NCBI RefSeq assembly: GCF_006345805.1
Contig: NC_043017.1
Location: forward strand, 29,760,001-29,824,000
Origin: Octopus sinensis
Lineage: Eukaryota
Direction of reading: 5' to 3'
Length of the DNA: 64,000 nucleotides
The translations under genes and the position numbers were made by a program. This document shows, piece by piece, positions 26,678-40,175 of the stretch (position 1 is the stretch's first letter; each line of letters opens with the position of its first letter). Under the pieces are notes generated by a model. It made no database searches and was not told the DNA's origin. It saw nothing but the letters and a program-made list of their open reading frames with translations.

Positions 26678-26699
26678 GTGTGCTCATATATATATCTAA

Positions 26700-26764
<65 letters not shown>

Positions 26765-26769
26765 ATAAC

Positions 26770-27188
26770 CGTAGATGTAGTTGTGTGTAAGAAGCTTGCT
26801 TCAGAGACAAATGGTCCCGTGTTCAGTCCCACTGCGTGGCATCTTAGGCATGTAGCCTCTTGTATAGCAGCAGGCCAACCAAATCTTTGCGAGTTGATTT
26901 GGAAGACGGAAGCTGAAAGAAGCCCGTCTTATATATATATATATATATATATATATCTGTGTGTGTATATGTCTTCGTGTCTTTGCCTTTCCACCAAATC
27001 ACCGTTTCACGACCAGTATTGGTGTCTTGGTGTGTTTACCTGCCTGCAACTAAGAGCTTCGGCAAAACAGACGGATAAATTAAATACTAGACTTTAAAGA
27101 AATAAGTTCCGGGGACGATGCGTTCGACTAGGACCGATGAACGCCTTGCTCCAGAATAGCCGCAGTAAAATTACTGAAACGAGTAAAA
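26770..27188 (+). mobile_element. SINE group E (diverged)
   Basis: gttcagtcccactgcgtggcatctt...gaaagaagcccgtc-(TA)n-...gctccagaatagccgcagtaaaattactgaaac. Confidence 0.75.
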
Positions 27189-27375
27189 AATTATCTATAC
27201 GAATATCTTTCAAGTTTTTGGGTTTTATTTATTTTCCATTACACAATAGGATTTATAAAGATTTACATGTTAAATAGACATGTAAGGAATTTTTGATCTG
27301 AAATCCAGCAGACAATGTAGAAATGGGTTTTACATTAACTACCCATATGATATATAGAATTTTCCCGAACTAAAC

Positions 27376-27445
<70 letters not shown>

Positions 27446-27646
27446 TGAGAGTTCCAGGTGTAGGAAGAAAGTTACCTCCAAGTAATCTGCAGTAAATATA
27501 AGACAGCTTTCAGGGACAATAGTGGTTTATTGAAATGGAAGGTTGTGGATTCTTGTATCGAAGTACGATAAACTGCAAAAAGTCCTCTTTATATTTGACG
27601 GCAGGAAACCAACCACGGTTGCCGTGTGTGCGAATAAGAATACGAC

Positions 27647-27695
27647 AGTTAAGGGATGGAGTAGATAAGATCCTTGTCTACTCCATCCCTTAACT
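27647..27695. repeat. Short foldback hairpin (23-bp stem, 3-nt loop)
   Basis: agttaagggatggagtagataag-atc-cttgtctactccatcccttaact; the one mismatch is a U-G wobble on the + strand. Confidence 0.8.
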
Positions 27696-27733
27696 CTTCT
27701 CTGAGTCTGTGTGTGTGTGTGTGTTTATATATA

Positions 27734-27885
27734 ATTGAAATTTACAGAAAATATAAGGACGAAGACAGGTGTATAAACAAAAAGCAGGTGCATTAGTTTG
27801 ACGATCGGGAAAGTGAGAAAGTATTTTACGTTACGAGCCTACGCTCTTTAACAAACAGGAATACGAGGAAATAAACAGAGAGAGA
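27734..27885 (-). mobile_element. PLE-like terminal fragment with decayed hammerhead (related to 62746-62956)
   Basis: Minus strand tgttaaaGAGCgtagGCTCgtaACGTAaaa keeps stem II and the ACGUA site of the 62859 motif, but the core is mutated. Confidence 0.5.
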
Positions 27886-27916
27886 ATTTTAAAAAAATGT
27901 GGATTTAGCGGTCAAT

Positions 27917-28230
27917 CATGGCTCAGTGGTTAGAGCATCGGCCTCATAATCAAGAGGTAGTCAGTTCAATTCCCGGAATTGGCTATGTTGTGCTCTCTTC
28001 AGCATGACACTTTATTTCACGTTGCTCCAGTTCACTCAGCTGTATAAATGTGTTGCGACGTCACTGGTGCCAAGATGTATCGGCCCCTTTGCCTTTCCCT
28101 TGGATAACATCGGTGGCGTGAAATGGGGAGTTTGGTATGCATGGGCGACTGTAGGTCTTCCATAAACAACCTTGCCCTGACTTATGCCGCGCAGGGGAAA
28201 TTTCTCGGTACAATCTCATGGTCATTCGTA
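27917..28230 (+). mobile_element. tRNA-derived SINE, head B + tail 3
   Basis: catggctcagtggttagagc...gttcaattccc...gacactttatttcacgttgctccagttcactcagctg...gtatcggcccctttgcc. Confidence 0.85.
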
Positions 28231-28263
28231 TCTTAAATTTGTCGTTACTATAATCCCTCTCTT

Positions 28264-28319
<56 letters not shown>

Positions 28320-28379
28320 CATACATACATACATACATATATACATACATATATATATATATACATGTACATATATATA

Positions 28380-28528
28380 GGCGTAGGGGTGGCTGTATGG
28401 TAAGTAGCTTGCTTACCAACCACATGGTTCTGGGTTCATTCACTTTGGGCAAGTGTCTTCTACTGTAGCCTCGGGCCGACCTAAGCCTTGTGAGTTGATT
28501 TGGTAGACGGAAACGTAAGAAGCCCGTC

Positions 28529-28581
<53 letters not shown>

Positions 28582-28785
28582 TATGTGTGTGTTTGTGTGT
28601 CTGTGCTTGTCTCCCCAACATCGCTTGACAACTGGTGTGTTTACGTCACCGTAACTTAGCGGTTCGGCAACAGAGACCGATAGAATAAGTACTAGGCTTA
28701 CAAAGAATAAGTCCTGGCGTCGATTTGCTCGACTTAAGGCGGTGTCCTAGCATGGCCACACTCAAATGACTGAAAAGAGTAAAAG
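28380..28785 (+). mobile_element. SINE group E
   Basis: ggcgtaggggtggctgtatggtaagtagcttgcttaccaaccacatggttc...; tail ...atggccacactcaaatgactgaaa. Confidence 0.88.
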
Positions 28786-29629
28786 TGTATATATATATAT
28801 TTTTATATTTACTCACACACACAGCATTTAGAGTATGGCGATTCACACTTTCACACATTTGCTACAAAGCCTAAATGCTCTTTCATTACTTGCACTATTT
28901 CACATTACGAAAAACAATAAGAACAACTTTGTGCCGTGTAAGATTTAATTCTCAATCAACTCCGGCTCATTCGATGCTGATGCCCTCTTAATAACGTCTT
29001 AAAAATTCTGAAACTAGAAGCACACACTCACCTAATATATGTTAATATCATTTTTGCATATAGCTATCATATATTTTTTTTCGGGTAACGAAACTTTCGG
29101 TGTTAACGAACTGATGACTGCTTAATGGTATATATATGATGGTACGTTAACTTTGATATCTTGCCTGTGATACTGCCATTCTGAGCTTTACTCTCTAATT
29201 ACATTTTAGCGGCTGCCTGTATGTTTTCGACATATAAATATACTTCACTTCAGGAAACATTAGTGATACTAGAGTATATTTGTGTGTGTGTGCGTGTTGT
29301 ATACGTATGGCTGTTTGTGTATTAATCACACACGCAAGCATTCGTACACAAAAAAATATACACATAAATGTGTATGTGTGAGTATGTTCATGCGTGCATA
29401 AAGTGTTAGCTGGGGGAATCCGCAGTGAGTTTACGTCAGTAGAAAATAATCCGACAGAATATAAAATTAAAAAGCTGAAAGTATTTTCAATGAATCATAG
29501 CGTCTCGAAGAGGAAAATAATTATCGGTATAAATTATATATTTTCGCCTATAACACATGGTATATAATATATTCACAAAAGTGTTATTTTTATCAGCTAC
29601 ACATACCAACACATACGCGGGTGAGCGTA

Positions 29630-29643
29630 TGGAATATATATAT

Positions 29644-29675
<32 letters not shown>

Positions 29676-29688
29676 GCTTGCATTTATT

Positions 29689-29741
<53 letters not shown>

Positions 29742-29911
29742 GCTTACATGTATGTATATATATATATATGTACACTTGCATGTATGTGTGTATTTATATA
29801 TATATATGTACGCTTGCATGTATGTGTGTATATATATATATACGCTTGCATGTATGTATATATATATATACGCTTGCATGTATGTATATATATATATATA
29901 TACGCTTGCAC

Positions 29912-29942
<31 letters not shown>

Positions 29943-29953
29943 ATACGCTTGCA

Positions 29954-29985
<32 letters not shown>

Positions 29986-30096
29986 ATACGCTTGCATGTG
30001 TGTGTGTGTATATATAATATATATATATAATACGCTTGCATGTGTATGTATATATATATATATATATTATATATATATATATATAATACGCTTGCA

Positions 30097-30154
<58 letters not shown>

Positions 30155-30170
30155 CCCGCGTACACATATA
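29630..30170. repeat. Compound minisatellite: about 10 copies of (TA)n-CGCTTGCA-(TG)n
   Basis: tacgcttgcatg core recurs at about 29739, 29771, 29809, 29841, 29869, 29901, 29944, 29987, 30030, 30087. Confidence 0.9.
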
Positions 30171-31761
30171 CACACGTATCTTACACGCATGTGTCTGTGC
30201 GTGCATGTGTCAAATGCTTCATATTTTTCCTGTCAGCGGCGCAACGTCACGAGTGTCGGCGTGTTTGGATTCGCTTGTAACGCACACCTCGCTATGATGT
30301 CTATTAGTTCCATACCTAGCCTCTTTCTAATTAGAATAACATACATAATTGAGTTCAGATTAAGCAATAATATCAAGAAAGTATATTGCTTTTGAGAGAT
30401 GTTTATATATTCAGCTGATGAAACTTGTGATATGCAAACTCACCAGAGACATTGTAGATTGCAGATTGATCTGCTAAAAATCATACCAAATCTTTATCGG
30501 ATGAGATTTTACTGGATGTGATAAATGTATGACATATCGGAGAATGGGAGAACAAAAAAAAATCCTTTATAAATGAGTTAAGGAGATGCAGCAGCTACGT
30601 ATTGTCTACTAAAAGCAGTACTGCATCTCCTTAGAATATCACATACCACTGTTTTGGAAAAGAAGTGCTACATTTAAAATATGGACATCATAGATACTAG
30701 TCAATTGAAAAACGGATGCGATGATCACGGTCGGAAAATTTGTTATCTTAAGATTACGCAGTTGCTGTTGACCTAGGGTTTAACCATAATATTTCTACTA
30801 GAGATAAAGGGTCAGAAAGTTTGCGAGGACAGGGGCTGGTCGTTTACATCGACCGCCAATGTTCAGGTGATGAGTATTTTATCGCCTAAAAGGATAATAG
30901 GCAAAGTTTACCTTGGCATAATGCTACAAGAAATACCACGAAACATTTTGTCAGGACTTTCAAGGGCTAAAGAATAACGGTTCCAAATTTTAGCACAAGG
31001 CCGGCAGGTCTGGGGCAGAGAGTAAGTCGATTACTTCGACCCTAGTGCTCAACTGGCACCTATGTTTTCGGCAGGGCAATAATGGAAAACACAGTCTATC
31101 TCGGCGGAATTTGAACACAGAACCAAGCCGAGCGAAACACCACCAAGGATTTTGTCCAGGGTGTTAAAGATTGTGCCATCTCACTGCCCGTCAAGGGTTA
31201 AACAATAATAGTAAAGGAAAGTATAAGAACAATTTTGAATGCGTTAGTTTATTCAGAGATGAGACCAATTCCTTTATCGGAACAACTGGTGGACATTCTC
31301 TAGGGACGACTGCAGCAGAAAGCAGTGATAGTAAACTTGGTGGTAACGTATTAATTTAATTTAAATAAAATAACACCCTTTATACCCGGAAAAAATATGA
31401 CTACATCCATTCAAGTAAAAGAAAGGGAAATCTTCACGGAATTTAAAATATGACTGAGTTGTAGCCAGGAAGAATCCTGAAACCAATGTCAGTAACACAT
31501 GCACTGGTTCAATTTCATTCCGTTATTATTAGTCTGCAGGTAAAAATATCTATTCAACTAACTAATTAATCGCTTATTTAATTTGTTGTTTAGACAGTCA
31601 GTCTTTCTTTTCTTTTCTTTTTTTTCTTTTTGTGTTTCCGTCAAAGCACGTTTGTTGCTATTTACAACCTTTTCAATGACTTCTCTTTAAGGCCGTTACG
31701 GAGGACATGTATGTCTTTCTGAACCTTTGTTGCTTGTATTTGTGCTGTTTGTTTGTTCCTT

Positions 31762-32047
31762 CTCAAATCATGCCTGGCTCAAAAGGGCCCGTTTCCTTGA
31801 CGCATAGGTTTCCCAGCTGGACGGGATGACGGTCCGTCGCAGGTGAGCTGCAAGATGCAGGAGGAAAGAGTGAGAGAAAGTTGTGGCGAAAGAGTCAGCA
31901 GAAGTTCGCCATTGCCTTCAGCCGGAGCCGCGTGGAGCTTAGGTGTTTCGCTCATAAACACACATATCACATCGCTCGGTCTGAGATTCGAACCCGTGAT
32001 CCCTCGACCGCGAGTCCACTGCTCTAACCCCTAGGCCATGTGCCTCC
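31762..32047 (-). mobile_element. tRNA-derived SINE, head A variant + tail 2 (diverged)
   Basis: Minus strand ggaggcacatggcctagggg...gggttcgaatctc; body aaacacctaagctccacgcggctccggc; tail ccagctgggaaac. Confidence 0.8.
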
Positions 32048-32078
32048 ACTGTATTTGTGTAGAATATGGTAAATAAAA

Positions 32079-32304
32079 GAGCTGGCAGAAACGTTAGCAC
32101 GCCGGGTGAGATGCTTAGCGGTATTTTGTCTGTCGTTACGTTGTGAGTTCAAATTCCGCCGATGTCGACTTTGCCTTTCATCCTTTCGGGGTCGATAAAT
32201 TAAGTACCAGTTACGCACTGGGGTCGATATAATCGACTTAATACCTATGTCTGTCCTTGTTTGTCCCCTTTGTGTTTAGCCCCTAGTAGGTAATAAAAAA
32301 TAGG
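32079..32304 (+). mobile_element. SINE group D
   Basis: gagctggcagaaacgttagcacg...gtcgactttgcctttcatcctttcggggtcgat. Confidence 0.9.
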
Positions 32305-33189
32305 TAAATAAAATGACTGGTATCAAGGAAATATATAAAGATGCGGGCAACTGAACAGAGTAAGAATTCTTGACTGGTTTCGGCCTAATTGCATCTCATC
32401 AGGAAAACATAACAGAGACGTCATTGCAGCATCCTAATCACCATATAATTATATTTCATGCTCGTTAATGAACCCTGGGTAGCATAATAACTTTTTAAAA
32501 ATGATTAGAGGAAAATATACCCATGGCAGACTATTGCAATAAATATTAATAATAAAGCGTAACGCTAACAGATCTAATGTACTTAGTTAGAGTAAATGAT
32601 AGCTAGCGTGCATTCGTTGAAAAGCTGCACATGGCCTATTACACCGGTGGGCAAGATGCCGTTGATAATGATGATCGTGCTAATGATATAGATGATGATA
32701 AACTAATTACCATGTAACATTATTAGCCAAGCTAAGCAGCCTTAAATGCGCCAACGTCTAGCGTTTATTTATAGTTTTGTTCCAGTTCACCTAAACCAGA
32801 TTTCTCATACCTTATCAGATTTCATGAAAGGCATGTTGTGATGTATGTAATGTATGCACGTGTATACACACATATATACATGCGTACATAGATATATACA
32901 TACATACATAGATATATACACACACATACATATATATATATACACACATAAATATATATACACACATACATATATATACACACATACATATATATACACA
33001 CATACATATATATACACACATACATATATATACACCACATACATATACATATATATACACACATACATATATATATATATATACACACAAAAAAGCGCGC
33101 ACGTACACGCGTACTGAGATACATGCGTGTGTGAGTAATCATATGCATATATATATAAAGTTATAATTATGAATATAAATATATGTATA

Positions 33190-33680
33190 GAGAAAGGGAG
33201 AAATAGAGTTTAAAAAAGGGTGGGAGAGGGAGATGGACAAAGAGATAGTTAGAGAGAGAAAGAGAGTGAGAGAAAGAGAGGAGGTGGAGAGAAAGCGAGA
33301 GGCAGAGAGGGGATAGAGAGGAAAGAGAAAGGAGGTGGAGAGAGCGAGAGGCAGGGAGAGGAGAGAGAAAGAGAGATGGAGGGAAGGAGAGAGAATGAGC
33401 AACAGGGGAGGTGGAGCGAGCAAGAGGGAGGGTGAGATAGCGATCGAGAGGGAGGGAAAGGGAGAGAGATTGGAAAGGAGGGAGAGAGAACGAGCAAGCG
33501 GGGGAGGTGGAGCAAGCGAGAGAGAGGGAAGGGGAGAGAGATTGTTAGGGAGGGGGAGATAGCGAGCGAGAGGGAGGGAAGGGTAGAGAGAGATTGTTAG
33601 GGAGGGGAAGATAGCGAGGTAGAAGGAGGGAAGGGTAGAGAGAGATTGGGATGGAGGAGGAAGAGAGAGTGAAAGGGTGT
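33190..33680 (+). repeat. Polypurine (GA/GGA) tract with an internal ~45-bp unit repeated about 3 times
   Basis: About 490 bp almost entirely A/G; gagggaaggg.agagagagattg recurs. Confidence 0.85.
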
Positions 33681-33916
33681 TCTATATAGATACGAAAGTT
33701 TCCTTATTATTCTCATATATTCCGTGTTAACATTTTCAATATAAGTTGAATAAAGTAAAAATTCAAAATGGAACACCCATTGTTCCCCGCAGCTTTTAGA
33801 GTATGGTTCTACATCACCATTAAGACTATTGCTTGATATTGTTAATCGTTAGCATTCACATGGAGGGATATGCTTCTTTATCCTTTAATTGTGTCTGACA
33901 TTGGACTGCGTCGATA

Positions 33917-34144
33917 CCTATTTCTTTATTACCCACAAGGGGCTAAACATAGAGGGGACAAACAAGGGCAGACATAGGTATTAAGTCGATTACATCGCCC
34001 CCTGTACGTAAATGATACTTTATTTATCGACCGCGAAAGGATGATAGGCAAAGTCGACCTCGGTGGAATTTGAACTCAGAACGTAACGGCAGACGAAATA
34101 CCGCTAAGCATTTCGCCCGGCGTGCTAACGTTTCTGCCAGCTCG
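33917..34144 (-). mobile_element. SINE group D (full length)
   Basis: cctatttctttattacccacaagggg...cgcccggcgtgctaacgtttctgccagctc. Confidence 0.9.
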
Positions 34145-34973
34145 GAAACAGTTTGAAAGATTTAAGTCAAAGACATGACGCCGGTACTTAAATTTATTTT
34201 CTTTGTTTCTTCCCGTGTCTTGTACTTATTCCATCGGCTCCCTTTTGCTGAGCTGCTACAGTTTTCAAGTGGTGACAAACAAAAGCAAGCAAACACACAC
34301 ACACACACATATATATGAATGATCATAGTAGACTTCGCGTTACCAAGTAGTAACGTAGTGGAACTGAACTCCAAACCAATTGGTTTAAAGGCGAGTTTCT
34401 TAACCATAAAGCCATACCTAGATATAATCGTCTCAAGATTCTATTATTTCGTGTGTCCCTTTCTTTTCTAAAGACAGGACATTTGAATGGGGGAACATTT
34501 AACTTCTATTTTAATAAGTTAAAGCCATTACATTAAGGTAAGATGAAGTAGAAAATACAAAGCAGCAATAGGATTTAAATCTATACGATGCTTTGATATT
34601 GGACCGCAAAATAGAATATAGTATAAAGATCTATGCTTAAAAGGGGGAAAAAGCACTTCGTTCTTTGAAACGTAGGAACAGAGGGAGAAATTACCTGAAA
34701 TGACAAAGACTAAGAGAAGAATAACTTTATATACATATACATATATATGGATATATACACACATACACAAATGCGAACATCAATCTATCTATATTATATA
34801 TGACAGATATATATCTATATATGCGTGTCTGTAACTAACTGTGTATGCTTGAAAGTGTGTATGATATCATATACATATATGTATGTACCAATACGTCCAT
34901 ATACGTATATACGCATGATTATCTTTGAAGGTATGTATTTATATGTTATCAGCCCATAGTCTGAGGGGAGACT

Positions 34974-35005
<32 letters not shown>

Positions 35006-35190
35006 TCAAGCATGCTATATTTGCACATTTTTCTTTAACTGAACTCATTACAACTATTTCTATGAGTCTAATAGAAGTCTAGACATTTGAACCCGGTCAA
35101 GGAGAAATGCATAAAATATGTACATATACGTAGCTATGTAATTTATATATTGTGCATGTGTAGGCATATGCTTGAGTATGTATGTATGTT

Positions 35191-35254
<64 letters not shown>

Positions 35255-35904
35255 CATATATATTTATGTGTTTGAACTTCAAACGAAATTGATACATAGT
35301 AGTCATTGTATGATATGCGTGTCTGCAATCCATATTGTATGCTACGCTATTGTTGCGTTCGTATCAATGTAAATTTTTCCTCTAGTGAAATGTATAAAAT
35401 GTTATCGTACTTTGAATTGTAATGGAATTTTCGTTCTACTTGTAAAAACCAAAAATAAGAAAAATTCATTGACAATATATTCTATTGGCGACCTGGCTAT
35501 TTAGCTTAAAATTCTGAATTTTCATTTCGTATGTTTTACTTTATTCACCGTATATTTTTTTTTTATGTGACATTCACGATATCTGAACATCGATAAACTT
35601 GTACAACTTCTTGCCATCTCTTTTGCAACCAACAATGTCTTATGTTTTATGTATATTTTCTAGAAGTACTTTTAATACTTCATTTTTTTATTTTCTGAGA
35701 ATGAGCAATCAGTATTCGTTGTTAATAGACGTATCAGTTCTTTGGGGTTGTTGATACCTTGCTGGCTTCAACTGGGACACTATTTCCTGTCGTTCTCGAT
35801 CCATTGTCATATACGTAGAGAACATTTACTCATATATTTGTATTTTCTATGAGCCTATCACTGATTGTGTATATCACAATTGTTCTAGAATTACAAGAGT
35901 GTAC

Positions 35905-36590
35905 ATGGGAATTGTATGTATATATGTGTGTATGTATGTGTGCATGTGTATGTATGTGTGTATGTATGTGTGTATGTGTGTGTGTATGTGTGTATGTATG
36001 TGTGTGTATGTATGTGTGTGTATGTATGTGTGTGTATGTATGTGTGTGTATGTATGTGTGTGTGTGTATGTGTGTGTGTGTATGTATGTGTGTGTATGTA
36101 TGTGTGTGTGTATGTATGTGTGTGTGTGTATGTATGTGTGTGTGTATGTATGTGTGTGTGTATGTATGTGTGTGTGTATGTATGTGTGTGTGTATGTATG
36201 TGTGTGTATGTATGTGTGTGTATGTATGTATGTGTGTGTATGTATGTGTATGTATGTATGTGTATGTATGTGTGTATGTATGTGTGTGTGTATGTATGTG
36301 TGTATGTATGTGTGTGTATGTGTGTATGTATGTGTGTATGTATGTGTGTATATATGTGTGTATATATGTGTGTATGTATGTGTGTATGTATGTGTGTATG
36401 TATGTGTGTGTGTGGATGGATGTATACATGTGTGTGCATGTATGTGTGCATGTATGTGTGCATGTATGTGTACATGTATGTGTGCATGTGTGTGTGCGTA
36501 TGTATCTGTGTGTGTGCGTATGTATCTGTGTGTGTGCGTATGTATGGGTGTGCATGTGTGTGCATGTGTGCGTGTACATGTGTACATATC
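35905..36590. repeat. (TG)n/(TATG)n compound satellite
   Basis: Direct reading. Confidence 0.95.
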
Positions 36591-37266
36591 TTTTCTTTTT
36601 ATTCCTTATAATTTTTTCTAGAAAGGTTCAAAATCCATCGAAGTTGGTTTTGCATTTTATTTGGATCGCTAAAATAAACACCAGCTGAATACAGGGGTCA
36701 AACTAATAGATTTACCTGCCCCACACTCACAGGATTTTCTGGTCCTGTGCAAAAATTTGAATCAAGTATTCCTTCTAGAAGAAGGGAAGTAGGTATGTAA
36801 TAAAGAAGCAGAATTCATTGCTGTTGAATGTCAACAGCAATAATTTCTGCATATCGAACTATAAAAAATTCGTGCATAAGACCGCTCCGATACGCAGCCA
36901 CGCACTCATACACATACACCATAACACACACACATGCACGCACACGTTGCTTGTGTTTTTCTTTTATTTCTCTGGTGGCTAGAGAAATAAAAGCTAGAGT
37001 AGGGCAGCAACCAAGAGACTGTCTTAGCAAATTCCATGTTCAGCGGTCTCTAACTTTTCTTCAAAATACTATCTCTTTCAGATGGTGCCTTAAATAGCAC
37101 AACAGAATGCACCATTGATTATTGGTTCGAATGTAAATTTATATTCAGGGTAGATGGGTTTCAGGCTTCGATGCGCTTGCTCATAGATTTTTCATTATTT
37201 CTCCATTTTACTACTTTTGGAAAAAATTTTCACACCTTCAGTTTTTGTGTGTGCTGGTGTATGTGT

Positions 37267-37437
37267 ATGGTCAGTGGCAAGAGAGGAAGAGGCCGACCAA
37301 GAACCCGCTGGCTTGACACCATCTAGAGTGATACCGGAATGGACATAGCCAATCTGAAAGAAGCGGCCCAGGATAGAACTGACTGGAGGACACTGATCCA
37401 ACGAGTGACCGAGAGTCGACTTCGACTGAGCGAATAA
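37267..37437 (+). mobile_element. 3' end of an RTE-BovB-like LINE (pseudogenised ORF terminus)
   Basis: Translates to MVSGKRGRGRPRTRWLDTI*SDTGMDIANLKEAAQDRTDWRTLIQRVTESRLRLSE*, resembling the BovB-type C-terminus GKRRRGR..RWLD...L.E...DR..WR......SR.RLSD. Confidence 0.85.
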
Positions 37438-37929
37438 ATAGAAAAATAAGGTAGTTAACCTGTATGACACTACTTAACTCTTATTTTCTGACTCAAATAA
37501 CTACGCATGTACTCATGTCTATACGTACATTAGTATCGATATATCATTAAATCTTATTTTGAGGGGGGGGATATATTTCAGTCAAGCATGATATTTTCGG
37601 TAGACTCATCATTTTATATTACTTACTCTATACTAAATTCATTTGCACCCTACAGAATTTCCGTATGCACTATCAATAGATATTTTGTTACGAAAATTAC
37701 AATTTTCGCTCATCAAGAATGCGCTAACGTAACTCAATAAATTATGCACCTTATCCCGATGCATTCACGCTTAATTTTAACTACATGTAACGCCTATTTG
37801 CATGAAATGTTACACGACATACAGCGTTTTCTATGTTATCAATTCGCAAGTCTTATTGACAAGTAAACGAATACATAGGGAAACAGCCACACAGCGACAG
37901 ATGAACACAAACAAACAGACACACACAAT

Positions 37930-38235
37930 CACGAGTAACGCACACATACACAATCACAAATAACAGACCCACATACGCACAAACACACAATCACAAACAA
38001 CACACACACAATCGCAAACAACACACACACAATCACAAACACACATACACACAATCACAAACACACATACACACAATCACAAACAACACACACACAATCA
38101 CAAACAACACACACACACAATCACAAACAACACACACACACATAATCACAAACACACATACACACAATCACAAACACACACACAATCACAAACAACACAC
38201 ACACACAATCACAAGCAACAGACACACAAACACAC
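37930..38235. repeat. Minisatellite of ~20-bp units (cacacaatcacaaacaa)
   Basis: caatcacaaac core repeated about a dozen times with CA spacers. Confidence 0.9.
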
Positions 38236-38721
38236 ACTCCAGACTGTCTTAATTTGCAATATAAGTTAATTGGTTAGAGCTATTTTATCTTCATTGCAGG
38301 CAGCTGCGGATAATTAGCATTTGAAATTAGCAATATCAAAAGAATGTGTGAGAAAAAGGACGTATAGAAGTATAGGCACTTGGCCTTATGTAACGTAGCG
38401 AGTAGTTAACACATGAACGGGCTACACATATCTAACACGAACGCACTCAAACACCCGCAGAAATGTATTGAAAATCTTGGTCTGGTGGTGAAGAGCCAGC
38501 TTTCTAGCAGCTAGTATAAGTTTATTCCAATGATATCTTCATTAATATCTCCTATGTGAGTGTGTGTTTGATCGAGAGTCAGGCAAAATAGATGGGTAGG
38601 TAGGTAGATTGATATGCAGACATGTAGAGAATTAGATAAATGGAAGAATGGTTGGATAGATAGATACATGGAAGGATGGGAGGGATAAATAAAAACAGAT
38701 AGATAAGTACGAACTAGGTAT

Positions 38722-38776
<55 letters not shown>

Positions 38777-40005
38777 CTGACAGATAGATATATAGATAGA
38801 GAGAGAGACACACACACACACACAGATAGATATATAGATAGAGAGAGACACACACACACAGATAGATAGGTAGATAGATAGATTGATTGATAGTTGTGCG
38901 TGTGTTAGTGAGTCAATATCTATCTGGAAGTTGAGTTGCATCGTTTTACAAGGAAGTGTGAGTCAGTGATCCGATAAATGAGAACCAAGAACAGCGGACA
39001 TACCCCGCAGCAAATTCTGAAAGACAGGAGAAACAAAATATTGCTTCTTTCCACTTGTATTTAATGTTAATTTTCTCGAATACGGAATGGTGTAATGGAA
39101 AAATTGACCTCGGAAAGATTTGATATCAGCGAACAGAATGATGTAACATACACAAGAAGAAATGCTATCTCATACCGTGAAAACGTTGGCTCTTTACGAT
39201 CGTAATCGAAATATTTGTTTTCTTATACAAGTACAAGATAATGAATATATGTGCGTATGCGGGAGGTGAATCGTGATAGCCGATTAAATTAAAACTAGCT
39301 TTTGAGTCTTGCTTCATTTTATTGACACCAGGAATAAAGAAAGGTAAAGTTGACATTGGCAGGTTCTGAATTCAGTGTTTGAAAAGCCGGAATACATAAA
39401 AACATGTTATTTTATACGATGTTCCAAAGAGTCTGCCAAAACACATCGTCGGCTTCAATTTGGTACAACGCCATTATAGGGAAGACGACCAAACCGACTT
39501 TAGTACTTGATTGGTGCTACGTTTTATCGACTACGAAATCATGAAAAGCGAAGTTGAACTCGCTGGGATTCGAGTTAAGAAACTAAAGTGTGCTGTAGCA
39601 CTATTAGGGCTACAGTACAACGATAGCCACAAGAAAAAATAATATATAAACTATGAGTGGATATGCTAGAATACGTGTTCTTGTACGTTTAGGTGCAGGA
39701 GGGAGTATGTCCATGACAGCGATTCAAGTTCTCAACTGGTAATTATTTTATCGACCACGAACGGATGAAAAGGAAAATCGAACTCGGCAGGATTTGAATT
39801 CAAGATTTAAAACAATAATTGCTTCAAATTTTCACACAAGTTCAACAATTTTTGAAGAGAAGCTAAGTCGATTGAATCGATCCAATTGCTAAACTGTTAC
39901 TTATTTATCGACCCTGAAAGAATGAAAGGTAGTGCACCTTGGCAGAATTTGAACGTAAAGACGGACATTAAACATTTAGTCCTGTGTGCTAACGAATCTT
40001 ATTAC

Positions 40006-40175
40006 TTTATTGCACACAAGGGGCTAGACATAGAGAGGACAAACAAGGACAGACAATGAGATTAGGTCGATTAGATAGACCCCAGCGTGTAATTTGTACT
40101 TAATTTATCGACCCCGAAAGAATGAAAGGCAAAGCCGACCTCGGCGGAATTTGAACACGTAACGAATCTGCCAGG
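40006..40175 (-). mobile_element. SINE group D, internally deleted
   Basis: gaggacaaacaaggacagac...gaaaggcaaagccgacctcggcggaatttgaac. Confidence 0.75.

Noticed and set aside
35830-36688. ORFs of 224-279 aa
   Set aside because: Pure (TG)/(TATG) repeat translations.
37930-38235. Regularly spaced repeats (also 29738-30100) as a CRISPR-like array
   Set aside because: Spacers are simple dinucleotide runs, not unique sequence; eukaryotic context and no cas genes.
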